64,000 nt of DNA from Candidatus Woesearchaeota archaeon. Its GTDB lineage: Archaea; Nanobdellota; Nanobdellia; Woesearchaeales; JABGUJ01. The stretch spans positions 1 through 64,000 of the forward strand of contig JABGUJ010000002.1 of NCBI GenBank assembly GCA_018646625.1, in the 5' to 3' direction. Every line of letters begins with the position of its first letter. The first letter of the stretch is position 1. The notes under the pieces are model-generated. The model did no database searches, had not been told where the DNA came from, and was given only the letters and a program-made list of their open reading frames with translations. Below, piece by piece: positions 37,545 to 47,200 of this stretch. Position numbers and translations under genes: made by a program.

Positions 37545-38573
37545 GTGTTAATGTTTAATGTAATAACTGCTTCAACAGTTTTAGTGAGTTTCTTTGTTAC
37601 GTTATATCTTCTTCCTAAATGGATTAAGAAGGCTCATTTTGCGGGTTTAGAAGGTAAAGATGTCCATAAACAAGATCAACATTTAGTTGCTGAAGTTGGA
37701 GGAATCTGTGTTATTGCTGGCTTTATTGCTGGGCTATTAGCATATATTGCGACAAGAACATTTATCTTCAAGGGTGGTGTGGGATATATTGACCTTGTAC
37801 TTGCAACTTTAGTTAGTGTTATGATTGCACTGGTTATTGGAGTTCTGGATGATATTCTTGGATGGAAGATTGGGTTGAGTAGAAGAAGTAAAATTTTGTT
37901 AACGTTTGCAATTCCTATCCCTATTATGGTAATTAATGCAGGAGTTTCTAAAATCACATTACCTCTTCTAGGGCATGTTGAACTAGGACTTGTGTTTCCT
38001 TTGGTATTAGTTCCTTTGGCTATAATTGGTACTGCTAATGCATTTAACATGTTGGCTGGATATAATGGATTAGAAGCATTACAAGGGATTGTTATACTTT
38101 CAACTCTTGGATTAATTTCATACTTATCTGGTTCGTCATTTGCAGCCGTAATTGCATTCTGTATGGTGGTTTCATTATTGGCATTCTTATTGTTTAATTA
38201 CTATCCTTCTATGTTATTTCCTGGAGATAGTATGACTTATTCTGTAGGTGCATTGATAGGTATTGTTGCTATATTGGGTAATATTGAGAAATATGCTTTA
38301 ATTATGTTTATTCCCTACTTTTTTGAGTTTGTACTAAAAGCTAGAGGTAAAATGCAGAAAGAAAGTTTTGCAGACAGAAATGTTGATGGTAGTTTAAGAA
38401 ATAGATATGATAAATTTTATGGGCTTGAACATGTTGCCATTGCGTTACTTTCGAAACTTAGAATTAAACCATATGAATGGCGAGTTGTGTGGTCTATTGT
38501 TTCTGTTGAGATTTTGTTGGCAGGATTAGCATTATTTTATTTTTATCTTCACACTTCTCCTTCCTTTTTCTAA
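37545..38573 (+). CDS. Polyprenyl/dolichyl-phosphate GlcNAc-1-phosphate transferase (GPT/AglH/MraY-like)
   Basis: GKDVHK..VAEVGG, GVLDD, ANAFNMLAGYNGLE and FNYYPS.LFPGDS. Confidence 0.9.
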   Translation: MLMFNVITASTVLVSFFVTLYLLPKWIKKAHFAGLEGKDVHKQDQHLVAEVGGICVIAGFIAGLLAYIATRTFIFKGGVGYIDLVLATLVSVMIALVIGVLDDILGWKIGLSRRSKILLTFAIPIPIMVINAGVSKITLPLLGHVELGLVFPLVLVPLAIIGTANAFNMLAGYNGLEALQGIVILSTLGLISYLSGSSFAAVIAFCMVVSLLAFLLFNYYPSMLFPGDSMTYSVGALIGIVAILGNIEKYALIMFIPYFFEFVLKARGKMQKESFADRNVDGSLRNRYDKFYGLEHVAIALLSKLRIKPYEWRVVWSIVSVEILLAGLALFYFYLHTSPSFF

Positions 38574-38588
38574 GAATCTAGTTTTTAT

Positions 38589-39899
38589 TCAAGGTCTTCC
38601 AATGCTTGAATAAATGAAGCCCATCTTTCTCATTTCCTCGGGATCAAGAAGATTTCTGCAGTCTACAAAGCACGCTGTCTTCATAGACTTTTGAATACGT
38701 TTATAGTCTAATTCTTTAAATTCATTCCATTCTGTAACTAATATTATCCCGTGAGATCCGTCTGCTGCCGAGTAGGGATCATTTGTTATTTTCAAATTAT
38801 CATATTTGATTGCTTTCTTAATATTCTCTGATGCGACAGGGTCGTATGCAGTTACTTTAGCTCCTTCCTTTACTAATTGATTAATTAATACTAATGAAGG
38901 CGCTTCTCTAATATCGTCAGTTTCAGGTTTGAAGGCTAATCCGAGTATGCATATGGTTTTTCCCTCTAAGTCATCAATTAGTTTCTTAATTTTAGGTAAG
39001 GCTCTTGTCTTTTGCCTTTCATTTGCACTATCAACTGCTTCAAGAATCCCACTACTGCATTCATTCTCTCTCATCATATGAACTAAAGCTCTGGCATCTT
39101 TTGGAAAACAACTTCCACCATAACCCAGTCCTGCTTGTAAGAATTTAGATCCTATTCTTGAATCTAGTCCCATTCCTTTAGAAACCATTTTAACATCTGC
39201 ATTTAATTTCTCACATAATGCGGAAAGCTCATTCATGAATGATATTCTTGTTGCTAGCATTGCATTGGATGCATATTTTATCATTTCTGCACTTCGAACA
39301 TTGCAGAATAAGATGGGTTTGTTTAAAGTCTCGAATGGTTTATATAATTCTGTTAGAATTTCTTTGGCTTTCTTGTCATCAACTCCTATTACTATTCTAT
39401 CAGGATTCCTGAAGTCGTTCACCGCAGTTCCTTCTTTCAAGAACTCTGGACACGAGACAACAACAAATTCACTATCATTTGTTTGGTTTTCCTTTATTAT
39501 TCTTTTAACTTGATCTGCAGTTCCAACCGGGACTGTACTTTTGTTAATTATTATCTTGTAATCGTTAATGTACGTTCCTATATCTTTTGCTGCTGAGAAT
39601 ATATAGGACATATCAGCACTTTTGTCATTTCCTGAAGTTGGGGTGCCAACGCAGATATAGATTATGCTTGATTGTTCTATTGCCTCTTTAGAATTTGTGG
39701 TGAATTTTAATCTTCCGTTTTTTTTATTCTTTTTTACAACTGATTCTAGTTCAGGTTCATATATTGGAATCTTGCCTGCATTTAATTGAGATATCTTCTC
39801 ATCATCAATATCTAAGCAGGTTACTTCATTTCCTAGATCTGCTAGGCCTGCGCCATTCACTAAACCTACATATCCCGTTCCTATGACTGTAATTTTCAT
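38589..39899 (-). CDS. ugd: UDP-glucose/GDP-mannose 6-dehydrogenase
   Basis: GTGYVGL, ICVGTP, KSTVPVGT, PEFLKEG, GYGGSCFPKD and GLAFKPETDDIREAP. Confidence 0.95.
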   Translation of the reverse strand: MKITVIGTGYVGLVNGAGLADLGNEVTCLDIDDEKISQLNAGKIPIYEPELESVVKKNKKNGRLKFTTNSKEAIEQSSIIYICVGTPTSGNDKSADMSYIFSAAKDIGTYINDYKIIINKSTVPVGTADQVKRIIKENQTNDSEFVVVSCPEFLKEGTAVNDFRNPDRIVIGVDDKKAKEILTELYKPFETLNKPILFCNVRSAEMIKYASNAMLATRISFMNELSALCEKLNADVKMVSKGMGLDSRIGSKFLQAGLGYGGSCFPKDARALVHMMRENECSSGILEAVDSANERQKTRALPKIKKLIDDLEGKTICILGLAFKPETDDIREAPSLVLINQLVKEGAKVTAYDPVASENIKKAIKYDNLKITNDPYSAADGSHGIILVTEWNEFKELDYKRIQKSMKTACFVDCRNLLDPEEMRKMGFIYSSIGRP

Positions 39900-39987
39900 C
39901 TTTAATCATTTCTCCTTATTTTGTTAAGATTCGTCCTAATATTTTTCTGTAGCCTTTATTTTTATATATAAAATTTGTTATTAAGCT

Positions 39988-40854
39988 TTAATTTGTTTTT
40001 TTCAAATCACTTGTATCCTTCAAATAGTCTTCTAGAGCCTCTTTCCAACCTCTTAAAGGCGTTATTTTATCATTTAGAAGGTAGCAATATTTTGGCCTTG
40101 TAGCTAATTTCATGCCTGGCTTGTGTATTTTAAGGTCTTCTAAATAGTCATCTTGGTTTAGTGGATTTATTTTACATTCAGAATCCAGCAGTCTTGCCAT
40201 CTCTTTAGCTAGTTCAAATCTTGAACAATTGTATGAATTAGTAACGTGATATATTCCTGGTGGCTTTTCTATAATTTCTCTAAGTGCTATGGCTACATCT
40301 TTTGCATATGTTGGCCTGCCATATAGATCTTGTGCAACATCAACTTCTGTTTCTGTCTTTAATTTCTGTAATATCTCATTAATTCTGCAAATTCCACTTT
40401 TACCATAAAGCCAACAAGTTCTTACAATTCTGAAATCATCCATATGTTTTCTTACTAGATCTTCGCCGATCGCTTTTGCTTTACCATACACGCTTATAGG
40501 TATTTTTGCATCATCTTCTAGATAACCTTCTTTATTCTTACCGTCAAACACCATATATGAGCTAATATGTATTAAAGTGGCATTACATCTCTTACATGCA
40601 GTAGCTATTGCAGGAAGCGAGTGTGCATTAACCTCGTATGCTTTATCGACGTCGTTTTCACATCCGTCAAAATCCGTATATGCTGCACAATTTATTACTA
40701 TGTTTGGTTCTATTTCTTGAATCCTTTTTAGAACTTGTTTCTCATTTGTTATATCTAAATCGTTTACATCCCATGCTATTACTTCTTCATTGGAGAATTC
40801 GTTCACTACTTCAGAACCTAGCATTCCTTTTGCTCCTAATACTAAAACTTTCAT
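39988..40854 (-). CDS. rfbD: dTDP-4-dehydrorhamnose reductase (RmlD)-like
   Basis: GAKGMLG, NCAAYT, HISS.MVFDG, YGKAK and GIYH. Confidence 0.88.
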   Translation of the reverse strand: MKVLVLGAKGMLGSEVVNEFSNEEVIAWDVNDLDITNEKQVLKRIQEIEPNIVINCAAYTDFDGCENDVDKAYEVNAHSLPAIATACKRCNATLIHISSYMVFDGKNKEGYLEDDAKIPISVYGKAKAIGEDLVRKHMDDFRIVRTCWLYGKSGICRINEILQKLKTETEVDVAQDLYGRPTYAKDVAIALREIIEKPPGIYHVTNSYNCSRFELAKEMARLLDSECKINPLNQDDYLEDLKIHKPGMKLATRPKYCYLLNDKITPLRGWKEALEDYLKDTSDLKKTN

Positions 40855-41225
40855 GATATCAACTCTTCTTTAAATTTATCTTGTGAATTTTCATCTGTAT
40901 TTGAAATATCTAGTATTTTAGAGTTTTGTAAAGCATGCAAAGAATGTGCTATGCCTGGTTTGATTGTAACAAGATAGCCTTTTTTGAGAGTTTTCTCTTT
41001 AATTTCTTGAGAAAGCATATCTTTGAATGTTGCAGTTAGTTTTCCAGATATGATGAATAGTATTTCTTCTTTAGTTTTATGATAATGATTTCCTGCTTTT
41101 GCGTTCTCTTTTAATTCTACATATAGGAGGGCTCTTGAAGTCTTTGAATTGGCTATTTGCGCTTTGGTACCTTTATCCGAATCAATGAATCTGATATTTT
41201 GTATTGTTACTTTATTATTAAACAT
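40851..41225 (-). CDS. Cupin-domain protein (possible nucleotide-sugar isomerase/epimerase)
   Basis: GNHYHKTKEE...ISG...I.PGIAH cupin motifs; coupled to rfbD. Confidence 0.75.
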   Translation of the reverse strand: MFNNKVTIQNIRFIDSDKGTKAQIANSKTSRALLYVELKENAKAGNHYHKTKEEILFIISGKLTATFKDMLSQEIKEKTLKKGYLVTIKPGIAHSLHALQNSKILDISNTDENSQDKFKEELIS

Positions 41226-41355
41226 CTGTTAACATAGAACAAGCTTCTAAATAAGTGTTTTGCTCTCGTGTATTGTGCTTTTTAATTAGAAACATTTAAA
41301 TAGTGAATTCTGGTCTTTTGTAATAATAATAGGGGTGTTGTTTTAAAAACAAGGG

Positions 41356-42120
41356 GTGATTGGTGTTAAGTCTACGAATCCATTAAGAAGGGAGTTTACG
41401 TTCTTTCTAGACTTGTTTCGAACAATGAGTTTTAAACACCTGTATGTTGTCCTTTGTGATTTATCGGCAGTATTCTTTTCTGTTTTGTTAGTTGCCGGGT
41501 TATATAGATCATTAAAGGTTTGGCAGTTTGGTGAAGTATTTGCTATTAGTATGGCTGTTCTCTTCACTTTATTGGTTCTAGCACAATGGGCTTTTTTAAA
41601 GTCAAAAATATATGATTTGATGTTAGATAAACGATTTAGTTTTGAATTTTATTATAAAATGATTCTTGTGGCTTTGGTTTGGTTTGTTCTATACGCTTTA
41701 GCTATGGGTTTATTGTTGTTTATGAAGTATATCTTCTTTGGCATGGAATATATTCCTTCTGGATTATTTTTCAAGGGTTTGTTCTTAGTTGTACCGGGAT
41801 TGGTGATGCTTTTTGGATTTTACTTTCTGATGGGGATGCTTATTTCTCTAAGAATTTACGGGGATTTTTCTCTAGCTTGGCAATATTTCAAGAAACGATT
41901 TGTTAGAGGGATAAGTGATTTTAAGATTTCATTATTATTTATGGTTGTATTGTTTTTGATTTTAGACATAATTGCTCGTCCTTTGATTAGTTTAGGACAA
42001 CAGTATTATGCTGTGCTTGTCGCTATATTCTTTTCAGTATATTTCATGATATTTAGAAAGTATTTAGTTGATAAAGTTGGTTTAAAGAAAGTTACTGCCA
42101 AGAGGAAGAAAAAGAAATGA
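41356..42120 (+). CDS. Multi-pass membrane protein, paralog of 18381..19169; first gene of surface cluster 2
   Basis: About 6 TM segments, motifs shared with 18381..19169 and a basic C-terminal tail. ATGA overlap with the next gene. Confidence 0.75.
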   Translation: MIGVKSTNPLRREFTFFLDLFRTMSFKHLYVVLCDLSAVFFSVLLVAGLYRSLKVWQFGEVFAISMAVLFTLLVLAQWAFLKSKIYDLMLDKRFSFEFYYKMILVALVWFVLYALAMGLLLFMKYIFFGMEYIPSGLFFKGLFLVVPGLVMLFGFYFLMGMLISLRIYGDFSLAWQYFKKRFVRGISDFKISLLFMVVLFLILDIIARPLISLGQQYYAVLVAIFFSVYFMIFRKYLVDKVGLKKVTAKRKKKK

Positions 42121-44195
42121 TATTTGGGAAGAAAGGTCAAGTTGCTGTCTTCATAATTATTGGAATAATTATATTGTTCTCTGCAGGTACTTATTTTTAT
42201 CTCAAAGGTCAAGTTGGTGAAGCTTTTTTCTTAAAACGAGCTGAAGTTCCTCTTAATCAATATGTTGACGAGTGTATTGACTTTGTTGCTAGTGAGGCGA
42301 TAACTATTATGGGGCAAAGAGGTGGCTACATCTACCTACCTGATTATGTTAAATATGATCCTTTTGCAACCATTCCAGGTCTGAGTGGGTTAGGTATGGG
42401 TGTGACAGCTATGTGGTATCATTCTGGATTGAATCAAGAGCCTATGGATGATGAATTTATTTATGTGATGGAAGATCAAATTAATTCTTATGTTGATTAT
42501 AATTTGTTTAGATGCTTAGGTGGTTTTGAAGGATTTACTGAGTTTGAAGTTATTGTCATGGGTCCTCCAGTTACTAGTACTACTATTGGCGAAGATGATG
42601 TTACTGTTGAAGTTCAATTGCCTTTAGAAGTTAAGAACTTGGAAGAGGATAAGGTGACTACAGTCGATACTTTTGGTGCGATTCTTCCGTATAAAGTGAG
42701 ACATGCATGGGAATTAGCGCGAGATATATTGAAATCTGAGAATAATATACCGTTTATTGAGCAGAAAGTTATTGATTTAATGACTTTAGATGACGATGGT
42801 GGATTTGGCAGCGTTCCTGTGAGTGGTGTTGAGTTTCAATGCTCACCTAAAATGTGGTTAGTTCCTAAAGTTAAGCAAAGGTTGCAAAGATTGCTTGAAA
42901 ATAATATGCCTTTCATTCGTGTTTTAGGTACTGATGTTCCTGATTATAGAGAATATTCAGAAGATGATTGTAAGTTACCTGAGCCTTTAACTATTGAAGG
43001 GGCTTTAGCGTGGAAATCTGATCCTCCTAGTAACCTATGTTATTTCAAAAGTCATTATGAATGGAATGTCTCAAGTGATAAAACGTATCCTGGTATGAAA
43101 GCAGGATTCACATATTCTAGAAACTGGCCGATTGATATGGTTGTTGAACCTAGTGATGGTTTAGTATTGAAATCAGGTAATCAGAAAGGAACTCAATTCT
43201 TATCTTGGCTTTGTTTACAGATCTATAAATTTGCTTATGATTTACAGTTTCCATTAATGGTTACAGTTACAAGTGATGAGATTGGTTATAGGCCTTTTAC
43301 TTTTAATTATGGTATTGAAGTGACTATTAGAAAAAATTATCCTGATAGAACTACCCAAGGTACTGGTGTTAGACGATCCAGGCAGTGGACAACAAATGAT
43401 GAGTTCTGTGAAGATGATTTTCATAATAAGTTAGCCACTATTAGGGTTTGGAACTCTAGAACCAGACAACCTGTTAAAGGTGTTAGAGTGAAGTATACCT
43501 GTGGGAAGTTTAGTTGTAATGCCGGCACAACTGATTGGCGGCGTGGTGAGTACATTGGTGCTTCCGGTGCAATAATTGAGAAAAATCTACCTTATTGCGT
43601 TAGTGCATTATTGACTGCAGAAGATCCTGCGTGCGATAACTATTTCAGTCCTGAGTGTTCATATGATCCTAAAACTGTTTTCTTTTCAAATTCTAAGAGA
43701 AACCCTGAAGATAGGGTTGCGGATATATATCTTAAACCAATTAAAAGAATTGTAGATTATGAAGTTAGAGTTATGAGAACTTCTGGGTTACAGTGGGCGA
43801 GAATGTTGTCTGCGGCGAGAGGTGAAGCTGCATTAATTACTATAAGTAATAAGAATAGAACTTTCACGACTAGTGTAATATATACTCCCGCTAATGAAGA
43901 AATGTTTGCGTTACCAATTGATATGCCCGGTAATATTGATGATGTTTATGATGTTGAAATATATATAATTAAAGGGTTAGCAAGTAATGATGCTGATGAT
44001 TTTGCATTTTTGGGTGGCTATAAAGCAGAGTGGGATGTAAAATGGACTTTGTTAAAAAATGCAGAGAAGATTATTTTTACTGCGGCCGAACAGTTTCCCG
44101 TACCTGAAGATGAAGAGGAACAATTTCAGTTCTTAATGAATTTAGAAGAATATTCAAAAAATGTAACCGAGGTTTATCCTATTAGACTAGAATAA
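42117..44195 (+). CDS. Secreted protein with a class III signal peptide; surface cluster 2
   Basis: KKGQVAVFIIIGIIILF, YVDECI...GQRGGYI and CLGGF. Paralogous to 9939..11636 plus 11641..12516. Confidence 0.82.
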   Translation: MIFGKKGQVAVFIIIGIIILFSAGTYFYLKGQVGEAFFLKRAEVPLNQYVDECIDFVASEAITIMGQRGGYIYLPDYVKYDPFATIPGLSGLGMGVTAMWYHSGLNQEPMDDEFIYVMEDQINSYVDYNLFRCLGGFEGFTEFEVIVMGPPVTSTTIGEDDVTVEVQLPLEVKNLEEDKVTTVDTFGAILPYKVRHAWELARDILKSENNIPFIEQKVIDLMTLDDDGGFGSVPVSGVEFQCSPKMWLVPKVKQRLQRLLENNMPFIRVLGTDVPDYREYSEDDCKLPEPLTIEGALAWKSDPPSNLCYFKSHYEWNVSSDKTYPGMKAGFTYSRNWPIDMVVEPSDGLVLKSGNQKGTQFLSWLCLQIYKFAYDLQFPLMVTVTSDEIGYRPFTFNYGIEVTIRKNYPDRTTQGTGVRRSRQWTTNDEFCEDDFHNKLATIRVWNSRTRQPVKGVRVKYTCGKFSCNAGTTDWRRGEYIGASGAIIEKNLPYCVSALLTAEDPACDNYFSPECSYDPKTVFFSNSKRNPEDRVADIYLKPIKRIVDYEVRVMRTSGLQWARMLSAARGEAALITISNKNRTFTTSVIYTPANEEMFALPIDMPGNIDDVYDVEIYIIKGLASNDADDFAFLGGYKAEWDVKWTLLKNAEKIIFTAAEQFPVPEDEEEQFQFLMNLEEYSKNVTEVYPIRLE

Positions 44196-44211
44196 TGAAG
44201 AGAATTTAAAT

Positions 44212-47200
44212 ATGACAACTGATTTAAGCGAAGGAAGAGTGAAAAAAGTTTGGTGGTTAATAGCTTGCTTATGCATTCATCTGATTTGCGTTTTTCCTAT
44301 AGCTTACGCTTTAGAAATCAATTTCTATGAAACTCAAGTTGGTGTTGATGTTGCTCAGATTAATTGGACGACTGATGTCGATACTCTTGGTTGGGTTAAC
44401 TATACTGATGATCCTTTGGATGCTACCAAGTTTTCAGTAGAATCTCCTGGTGGTGGTAAGCAAAATCATAGTGTTTCTTTAACTTCTTTAGAATCTAGCA
44501 CCGAGTATTACTATGCTATCTGGGCGGAAGATGTCGATGGTACGCAGGTTCATACTGAGACTTTACAGTTTACTACCGGTGCTTTAGATACTACCGCGCC
44601 TGGAAAGATAACTAATTTTACTGCTACTGCTATTGACGCATCTACTATTAATCTAGATTGGGCTATGTTGTTGGATGATGTTGATCATTATGAGTTGTTC
44701 AAGAACGATTCTAGCTATGTTAATTTAAGTGTTGATCAGAATTATTACCAAGATACTAATGTCGTTGAGAATACTAATTATGAGTACGGCATTAGAGCCG
44801 TAGATGCTTTTGGAAATGCTGGTGCGATTGTTAAAGCCGAAGCAGATACTCCTAATTTTATTGATTTTGAGATTGAGTATATTGAATATGAAGTGAAAAA
44901 TCTACAAGCTGTTGTTAATTGGTTAACTTCTAAAGCTACGACTTCCAAAGTATGGTGGGGCACATCAATTTCTATGACTACTGCCGTTGATTTGGGTAAT
45001 GAAACCGAATTTACTCATAGTGTGACCTTGCAGACGGATAATCCTGGCGTGATGTATTATTTTAAAGTTGAATCTTGCGATGCGGATGATTGTCTGGTAT
45101 CTGATGTATATAACTTTACTACTGGTAATGATTCTATTCTTTACATGAACTTAACTAATATTCGTAATTGGGAAAATGGCATGACTTATTTGCATAATGC
45201 GCAATATATTGATATTGAGGGTATAACTAAATCATTTACTGATATGTTGGTTTTTGTGAACGACATGGTTACTCCTGAATTTTCTACTAGCACAGGACAT
45301 AGTGGTGAGTTTTCCTTTGGTGATATTGCTTTAGATGTTAATGAGAGTGATATTAGAAACCATCTTAGATTTGAACTAACTGACACTAATGGAGATAAGT
45401 TGAATCAACACTTGTTTGTTGACGTAGATATTATTCCTCCTTTCCTCAATATTAGTACTGAAATTCCCCCGTTTTTGTACAATCCTAACTTTAAGTTTGA
45501 TGCAATCATGAGTGAAGATGGTAATGTTACTGTTAGAGTCGTTCCCGAAGTGTTACCTGAGTTAGGTTCGATAAAAGATGCGAACATGACTGTGGATGAA
45601 GTTGAAGGCAATTCAATTAAATTAGATTGGGAAGATGTAGAAGATGAGTTTACATTTTTGAAAGGATATGCTATGTATGTCGATGATTTGTTTATTGATG
45701 TTGCAACAACTTCCGAGTATACTTTTGAAGAATTAAAGAATAATACGCAGTATAGATTAGGTGTTGCTCCGGTTGATAGATTTGGTAATATTAGAGAGGA
45801 TATGAGTATTACTACTATTACGACTAAAGAAGATGGTGAGAATTTTAGTGGTGAGTTTGAAGAGTATAATGTTTATGAGTTGTTGCCGTTTAAGTCAAAA
45901 GCAGTTAGAGCAGGAGATAACTTATATTTTACGGTAGAATTAGTTAACGGCAGAAACAGTGTTGAGGTTATTGCACAAGATCTTGCTGGCAATCAATTTG
46001 TTCAAAACTTCTCTATCGTGTATGATGCTGAACCACCTACACCTGAATTGGTGTTTCCAAAAGATAATGCTAATATATATGAAATTCCTGCCATGGATGT
46101 TGATATAGAAGGAGTGGTTAATGATCCTGAAGCTAAATTATATCTTTATGTTGATTGTCAGTTATATTCTATGGGTACTGTGCCTGCTGCAACACCTGAT
46201 GAAAATGGAAAATATGCTTTTGAATTTAGTAGTGTGAATTTGTTAGTTCCTAACGTTATTCTTAATATTGGGAATGCAACTGGTGCTCCACCGCCACCAT
46301 CAGGTTCTTTGTTTGACTTTAATGCTGGGCAATTAATTGATCAAGACGATGGTGCAACAACTTTTGCAATTGATACTCATAATTTAATTGATGTTGATAG
46401 TTGGGACTCTTGGGAAGCAAATGCTCCAGAAGCTCGTGCAGAGAAGGTTCCAGGAGTATTTCCTGGGTGCACTGGTCCAACAAATACTCACTCATATGGT
46501 AAAGAATATAATGTTAAGGCGCATATAGTTGCTATTGATCCTGTTGGTAGAATGGGTGAAGTAGAAGCACAATATCATATTAAAAATTGTTTATCAGGTA
46601 ACTTTAGCTTTGTTCCTCAGGTCGTGCAAAGTCGACAAGAGCCTGCTGTGTTGAGTGCAAGACGTATCGAAAGTGGTGTTGAACGGATAGGTTTTTACAT
46701 ACAGTTTGAATATGTTGGTGACGACGAAGATGTTGCAATTACTAGTCCTCCTTCTTTTGAAGCTATGGTTGATGATGAGATTTTGAAAAATGAAGAACCA
46801 TATAAATCTGCAATAGAATTGATACCTCAGTCTCCTTCCGCAGTTGTTCCTTTAGGTAGTAATACCTTTTATGTTTCCTATAGTCTACGTCGTAAAGATA
46901 ATGTTTCTTTCAAGTATGATATCACTGATTCGGATGGAGATCACAAGAGCGCTTTTATTAAAGAGTTAAAGTTCCCTATAAAAACCATAGTTAGATATCA
47001 GTATACTAATCCGAATGCGCCATCTTATGGTGGTTCACAGGCTGCACTTGGTGCACCAAATACTAATCCGTCCGCAACTGGTGCCCCGCCAGGTTATCCG
47101 AATGCAGGTGTTCCGGGAGGTTATAATCCTAATGCTTATTCGCAACAACAATATGGTTCAGGTTATGGTAATAGTTATGGTTCTTTTGGCACGGGATATT

